A stretch of DNA of 64,000 nt from Octopus sinensis (taxonomy: Eukaryota). Under the pieces are notes generated by a model, which was not told the origin of the DNA, made no database searches, and saw only the letters and a program-made list of their open reading frames with translations. This document shows positions 57,689 through 64,000 of the stretch, piece after piece (the first letter of the stretch is position 1; every line of letters begins with the position of its first letter). Both the position numbers and the translations under genes were made by a program. Where the stretch lies: assembly GCF_006345805.1 (NCBI RefSeq), contig NC_042997.1, positions 6,572,001 through 6,636,000 on the forward strand, written 5' to 3'.

Positions 57689-59086
57689 AGGATGGGCAGA
57701 CAGATAAATTTTATAAAGTGGTGCCTAATGCATATTTGGCAACGTGGCCTGGTAACACAATTATATTCCCCTGCAAACTTGTCCATAAGTTTACAAAACA
57801 TTTATACATGAAACAGTATCCACTGATACGTTTGCTAACACTCTTTTGCCTAAGGACTAAATGGATTGCTTAAAATCTTCAATTCGTAGGACTTTTCAAA
57901 GAATGAGATTTTTTTTTGTCATGACACCACCAACAAAGATAGATTTCTAATTTTAGTTTAAATTCAGAGAATAATTTCTTCATCTTTTAATGAAATAGAA
58001 TCATTCGAAGCAGATTTATTTTATCTGGTAAAGAGTGTATATAGGCATTTCAATCGTATCTTTGCAAAAACATGGCGTTTTGTGAGATTCTGAATAGAAA
58101 CATTCTCCTAAGTCTTGAGATAATACACACAATATGACTATTGTTAACGATTTTAAACATAAAAGCAAGTTTAAAATACAAAAATTAAACTGACTTCGTA
58201 AAATAAAGAACAGCATAACAAACGTATTACTTGATTATATGTATTTTATATTCCTTACGTGGTATGGATATCTCCAAAATTGAAATTAATATTTCGCTTC
58301 AGATCTCTGAATATACGAATCCTAGTAACGCCCATATCAACAAAATATTATCATATGAAGCCAGAAAAATATTCTGGAATTCATATGATAATGTTTACTG
58401 CCATATTTCAGTTCGATCACTACTGTATGTGAATAAAATACTTCGGTTTAAATAAATAATGGTATTTAGCAGGCATAAAGAAATTTATAAATCTCACGGA
58501 AAATAATTCTTCAAAATCTATCTAAGTATATTTGATTATGAAAATACTTTTCTTCGGTTCTTTTAAAATATCTGATCTGTCAGTTCATTACAAGTAATCA
58601 TAATATGTACTGTGTATTTGAAAGACAATATTGAAAGAAAGTCGAAATTGGAACGAAAAAGCGATCCTCTTAATACGTGCAAGAATGCTCCATCCGATGT
58701 ATTTCTTGTGAAATTCATTGAAAATGATATTTTTAGAAGCCCAGCTAAATAACAACTCTAACATAAATCTGATTAGAACATATAAATATTTTCCCAATTC
58801 TATGATCCGAATGCGTAAACAGGACCTCAGTCAGAGTGGAAAGTCAACGAGACAGAGAGAGATCTATAGTCAGATAGAGGATGTGTATATTTGTGTGTAC
58901 ATCTATATAATTACATACATACATGCGTGCATAAATACATACACAGCACATTCACACACACACGCAATTATCTATCTATCTATATATATATATATATATA
59001 TATATTCAGGAACTGAAACATGTTATAATGTATATATAAAAATTTAAAATTGTATAATATAGCAGCATTTTCAAACTTCATTTTTT

Positions 59087-59134
<48 letters not shown>

Positions 59135-60624
59135 CATATATACGTATGCATGTACATGTATATATATGTATATATGCTATAAATAGAGCATTTATTATTA
59201 GTATATATAAAATATAATTATAATTATCATATACAGGCCTATATTCTCACGCCTCTCCGTAATTTAAGGTTTTCGTGTTTGTTTTAAAATTTATAAAATG
59301 TATATACTAGAATAAAATTATCCACATTTTAAAAGTGGGTGAAATTGTCTAGTGGGCCATATGGAGGAATTGGGTTCGTACGGAGACATGTAGGGAGTGA
59401 TGTCGTGTTCAATTCCCTTTTGGTCAGTTTATAATTTTCGGTCAGTTTAGGATTAGTCGCTCTAGATGGGCATATATTAGTTATAGTTATATATGTTTTT
59501 GTGGGAGAAAGTAAAAATTATTGGTATTTTGGAAGATTTCCTTTATACACAGCTCTCAATAAATTTCATTTCTGGTAATATCTTTTCACATACAGCCTTT
59601 TCACACTGCCCTCATACACACCGAAAGTATCCGAAATCAAGTAGGTAAGTATGGAAAAAACTAAATACAAGTTCTGAATTAAACAAGTAATATAAATACA
59701 AAAGGGATTCATTAAGCATTATAACACAGTAATAGAAATGTTTAGGTGTAAAAAATAAATGTATGAGTAAATAAAAACATCAATTAAATTAATGTTTATT
59801 AACTTTTGATTTCTATATTTCTATAGATTTTTTTTTACTTTTAAATGATTTGGTTATCCTTAGGCAATCAGCTCTACTACTTTTATACCAATTAGCTCAA
59901 CCTAAAAACTAATCCTTACTTCTGAGCACTATTTTAACTCTTTTATTGTTTTTGACACAACTCCCCCATTCAATTACACCTTCCCGTGTTTTGTTTTTGT
60001 CTCTCTCTCTCTCCCTCTCTCACTGATATATTTCTATACGTTTGAGGTTGTTCTAAACCATAGTTTCTCCAAGTGAGCGCTAAAGTCCCCCTACCTCGGT
60101 GGAGGTTGAGAGAGTTCAGGTGGGCGCTAGTGTCAAAGGGGGTGGTGCGAGGAGTGGCGATAGAGAAAAAGATATATATATATATATACATTACAAAATA
60201 TAAAGTTTTATCTTGAGTGACAACAAGGCTCAAGATATACAACGGACTGGAAATAGAAGTGCTCCAATGAGCTGTATACACTTTCTTGTCCAAGAGGATG
60301 CAATGCGAGCAACAACCACAGGAACATCACAAAATTCAAAGATAAACCAAACACATACAAATCTTATATACTAATTTATATCTGAACAGTCCGACATTTA
60401 AAAAAACATTTAATTCAGTAATATATAAGTATCATATACAAATGAAAATACTTACTAAAAATTTTGCATATAACACGCTTAAAACTGATAGAATAAAAGA
60501 GAAATAAATATAATGATAATTAAATAGAAATATGGCATATCAAAATACGAATAAAATTCCAGGGAATAGTACATAGAATATAATACGTATACAAGATTAC
60601 AACAATATAAGATATACAGAAGTC

Positions 60625-60704
60625 CATCAACGGGCCGTTTCAGGTATGTGCCAATTAATATTAGACATATCAGTACTTAAAATTGGCACTCCCTTATCAG
60701 GATG
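60625..60704 (-). ncRNA. Degenerate type I hammerhead ribozyme motif (CUGAUAA core variant, long stem II)
   Basis: catc-CTGATAA-gggagtgccaatt...aattggcacatacct-GAAA-cggcccg-TT-gatg. Confidence 0.6.
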
Positions 60705-61067
60705 TCTTATACAACACATATAAAACATGAACAAATATACAATCACATACCGGCTATTCCCAGAACACGCCATTTACATACTCCCAGGAATGTTTTCTTC
60801 GATACTGAATGGAACTTTATATACGCATACAATACGGTCCAGCCACCATAGTAAATTGTATGCAGACAGCGCCATCTGGACCATTTCACTTCAGCACTTA
60901 ATTTATTTTATTTTATTTTATTTCAATTTTATAAATTCTCCCATTCATATATTCTGTCTCGAATCCTCGACTAATAGCTATTATTTTAATAATTACATAT
61001 CTCGTAACGAGATAAAACAGTTTTAAACGTGTTATATGCAAAATTTATATTTATATTTTTATTTGTA

Positions 61068-61290
61068 TACTGGCAGTATCGCTCGGCGTTGCTCGGGTTT
61101 GTAAGGGAAATAACTATAAAGCATTTTTAGAGAGTTATAGCCCCAAAATAGCAAAAAAATGCATTAAAAATGGAAAAAATATGATGGTAATTTTTTTTAA
61201 ATCGTTGACTCATCGTAGACATTTCTAGAGAGTTACTTCCCTTATATTAAAACATATGCATTAAAATGGAAAAAAATGATGGTAAATTTA
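61068..61290 (+). mobile_element. Non-autonomous Helitron/Helentron-like end with internal ~95-bp tandem units
   Basis: tactggcagtatcgctcggcgttgctcggg resembles, from memory, the TACTAG..CCCGGCGTTGCCCGGG terminus of such elements; repeated catttctagagagtta...atgcattaaaatgg. Confidence 0.55.
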
Positions 61291-61445
61291 GATATAAATT
61301 AGTATATAAGATTTGTATGTGCTTCGTCTATCTTTGTATTTCTTGATGTTCCTCTGGTTGTTGCTCGTATTGCCACCCCTTTAATAAAAAGGTATATATA
61401 TATATATATATTTGTTTGTGTGTGTGTATGTGTGTGTGTGTGTGT

Positions 61446-61484
<39 letters not shown>

Positions 61485-62252
61485 CTATGCAAGCATGATT
61501 CTCTAAAGTTCAAAATTTCGCAACCGTTTAACGATTGAATACACACATACACACACACACATTGTATAACCATTGTCTTGTACTTTACAGATCGACTTTT
61601 AGAATACTACAAAAATATTGTGTAATATTTTGATATATTACATCAGTGAAAGGTGGTGATCTAGCAGTATCGTTACTGCGCCAGCAAAGTACATAGCATC
61701 ACTCCCGATTTTCCGTTCTCTTGCCCGGGTTGACCTTTTAATCATTCAGTATTGATAAATAAGTATAGTACAGGGAGCATCGACATCGAACTGTACACTC
61801 TTCAATAATTAGTAGCCTGGTGTTGAAATTTGAAACCAATATTGTATTTTAGCTCTTACCATTTACACTAAGCATTACGTTACTGTGACATAATGTTCTA
61901 AGGTCAGTATCGTTTCTTTGATAAGTATTCGATGATACTTGCATATACAAAGATCATGCATATTGTAAATGATGCATGACTTTTAATCAAATATAACACG
62001 TGTAGGAGTGCATAGGTATACATGTATCTATATATAGTTAGCTAGATAGAGAGAGAGGGGGGAATATGGAGGGTTTATTTCACTGTTGATCTAAATGAAT
62101 TTTATAATTGGTCATCCGTTACGTTCCAAGTTCCCAGCTGAGTCTGCAGCGAGGGATATATAAGTAATCAGAAAACGGAGAAAACCTCAGATTAACAAAC
62201 ACAACCATTGGACCACATATTTAGCTTATTTTTTACTACAAAGCATAACATA

Positions 62253-62650
62253 TAGGCGCAGGAGCGGCTGTGTGGTAAGTAGCTTGCTTACCAACCACAC
62301 GGTTCCGGGTTCAGTCCCACTGCGTGACACCTTGGCCAGGTGTCTTCTACTGTAGCCTCGGGCCGACCAAAGCCTTGTGAGTGGATTTGGTAGACGGAAA
62401 CTGAAAGAAGCCCGTCGTATATGTGTATATATATATATGTGTTTGTGTTTGTATGTCTGTGTTTGTCTCCCAAAATCGCTTGACAATCGATAATGGTGTG
62501 TTTACGTCCCCGTAACTTAGCGGTTCGGCAAAAGTGACCGATAGAATAAGTACCAGGCTTCCAAAGAATAAGTCCCGGGGTCGATTTGTTTGACTGAAAG
62601 GTGGTGCTCCAGCATGGCCGCAGTCAAATGACTGAAACAAGTAAAGAGTA
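62253..62650 (+). mobile_element. Full-length tRNA-derived SINE
   Basis: aggcgcaggagcggctgtgtggtaag head through ggtgctccagcatggccgcagtcaaatgactgaaacaagtaaag tail. Confidence 0.92.
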
Positions 62651-63215
62651 TATCAAATAGGTGCCGTAATGTATCTTACGGCAGTTTCCAATCCGTTGCC
62701 AAAATGCTTTCAATAAATGAAAGCGAGAAGTAAGTTCTTCCTCTCCGACGGACATTCGAATTAAGACACGAGGTTTCATCAATATAAAAAAACAAGAGCA
62801 TACAATATAAACAAAGGGAAGAAGGAAAACGAAAGAATAAAAAGGGCTAGACAAGAAGACCAAAAGGCCAATATGTAAAAAACTTAAAATTGACGAACTA
62901 AGTGCTACGAGGTCCGTAGGTAAAAGAAGGAGCTAATAATAATCTAACAAATACTACAATTTATAAACGGGTAGATTCAATTTAAAGTGAGGTGCAGGAC
63001 GGTTGAAAAAGGAAGTTATCAAGAAAATGTATTTAAAGAAAATACTAACGTGATTATCAAAGGTCGGTATTTTTTTATGTGTGTGCGTATCGAATTACTA
63101 CGATGATCCGGTTCTTGACTGAAGACTGAGGGGTTCGAATGTCCTGTCCATGTTTATTGTATCGTCTTCTAAGAGTTATACGTTCTTGTCCATGTTATAT
63201 TTTTCTACATACCTT

Positions 63216-63254
<39 letters not shown>

Positions 63255-63437
63255 ATAAATATTAGGGAATAAATCCAAATTTACAGGGAAAAATCAGATT
63301 TAGGACTGAATCCAATTTTATAGTAAAATATTATATAATATTAATTAGAGACAAAACCACTATCATGCAAATCAAACAAAGAAAGACTTAATCCAATACA
63401 TAAACAAATTTATATAAATTAAATAAAATTAAATTCG

Positions 63438-63483
63438 CCACTACAATTCTTTCGTGTCTCTTCTAAGGACATTCATCAGGTGA
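63438..63483 (-). ncRNA. Type I minimal hammerhead ribozyme motif, left-arm copy (stem III mismatch)
   Basis: tcac-CTGATGA-atgtc-cttagaaga-gacac-GAAA-gaattg-TA-gtgg. Confidence 0.7.
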
Positions 63484-63546
63484 TATTCAGATCTTCTATT
63501 CAATTTTAAGTTATGAAGTCTTAAAATTGAATAGAAGATCTGAATA

Positions 63547-63592
63547 CCACCTGATGAATGTCCTTAGAAGAGACACGAAACAATTGTAGTGG
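63547..63592 (+). ncRNA. Type I minimal hammerhead ribozyme motif, right-arm copy
   Basis: ccac-CTGATGA-atgtc-cttagaaga-gacac-GAAA-caattg-TA-gtgg; palindromic stem III ACAATTGT; predicted cleavage 3' of 63588. Confidence 0.8.
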
Positions 63593-63694
63593 CGAATTTA
63601 ATTTTATTTAATTTATATAAAATTTTTTACGTATTGGATTAAGTCTTTCTTTGTTTGATTTGCATAATAGTGGTTTTGTCTCTAATTAATTTTA

Positions 63695-63918
<224 letters not shown>

Positions 63919-64000
63919 TATGTCAGGTCACTTTTGAGTGCTAATAGTAACATGTAACCCAGTACAACCTGTTGCATGGTCGGGTCGTCGGCGACTAAAC

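Larger units (their letters stand above)
63340..63690. repeat. 351-bp near-perfect inverted repeat (arms 63340-63510 and 63520-63690, 9-nt spacer) between (TA)n arrays; probable Penelope terminal repeat
   Basis: Arms are reverse complements with only a handful of mismatches. Confidence 0.95.

Noticed and set aside
58016-59047. Cluster of 66-109-aa ORFs on both strands
   Set aside because: No recognisable homology; compatible with chance in AT-rich DNA.
63115-63150. ctgaaga...ttcgaatgtc hammerhead-like string, with an inverted echo near 62750
   Set aside because: GAAT instead of GAAA and no supportable stems I/II.

Overview
AT-rich, microsatellite-dense animal genomic DNA. The SINE families and repeat landscape suggest an octopus/coleoid cephalopod (inference). 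I could not support any host protein-coding exon; nearly all listed ORFs are microsatellite artefacts or pieces of decayed transposons. Recognisable content: (1) two decayed L1/Tx1-clade LINEs (+ strand, ~5.56-7.36 kb and ~19.6-20.7 kb); (2) a pile-up of R4/Dong-clade (restriction-like endonuclease) non-LTR retrotransposon fragments at (AAT)n repeats between ~14 and 27 kb, with a ~575-bp non-coding element at the same repeats; (3) several Penelope-like element (PLE) remnants (RT and GIY-YIG) with hammerhead-ribozyme motifs, including a head-to-head pair in a 351-bp inverted repeat at 63.3-63.7 kb; (4) many tRNA-derived SINEs; (5) a Tc1/mariner 3' end and a Helitron-like end. The most interesting observations are the hammerhead-bearing foldbacks, a Dong-Tx1 chimeric junction present twice, the (AAT)n-associated non-autonomous element, and a 62-bp loopless palindrome. 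I found no convincing wholly new multi-gene system.
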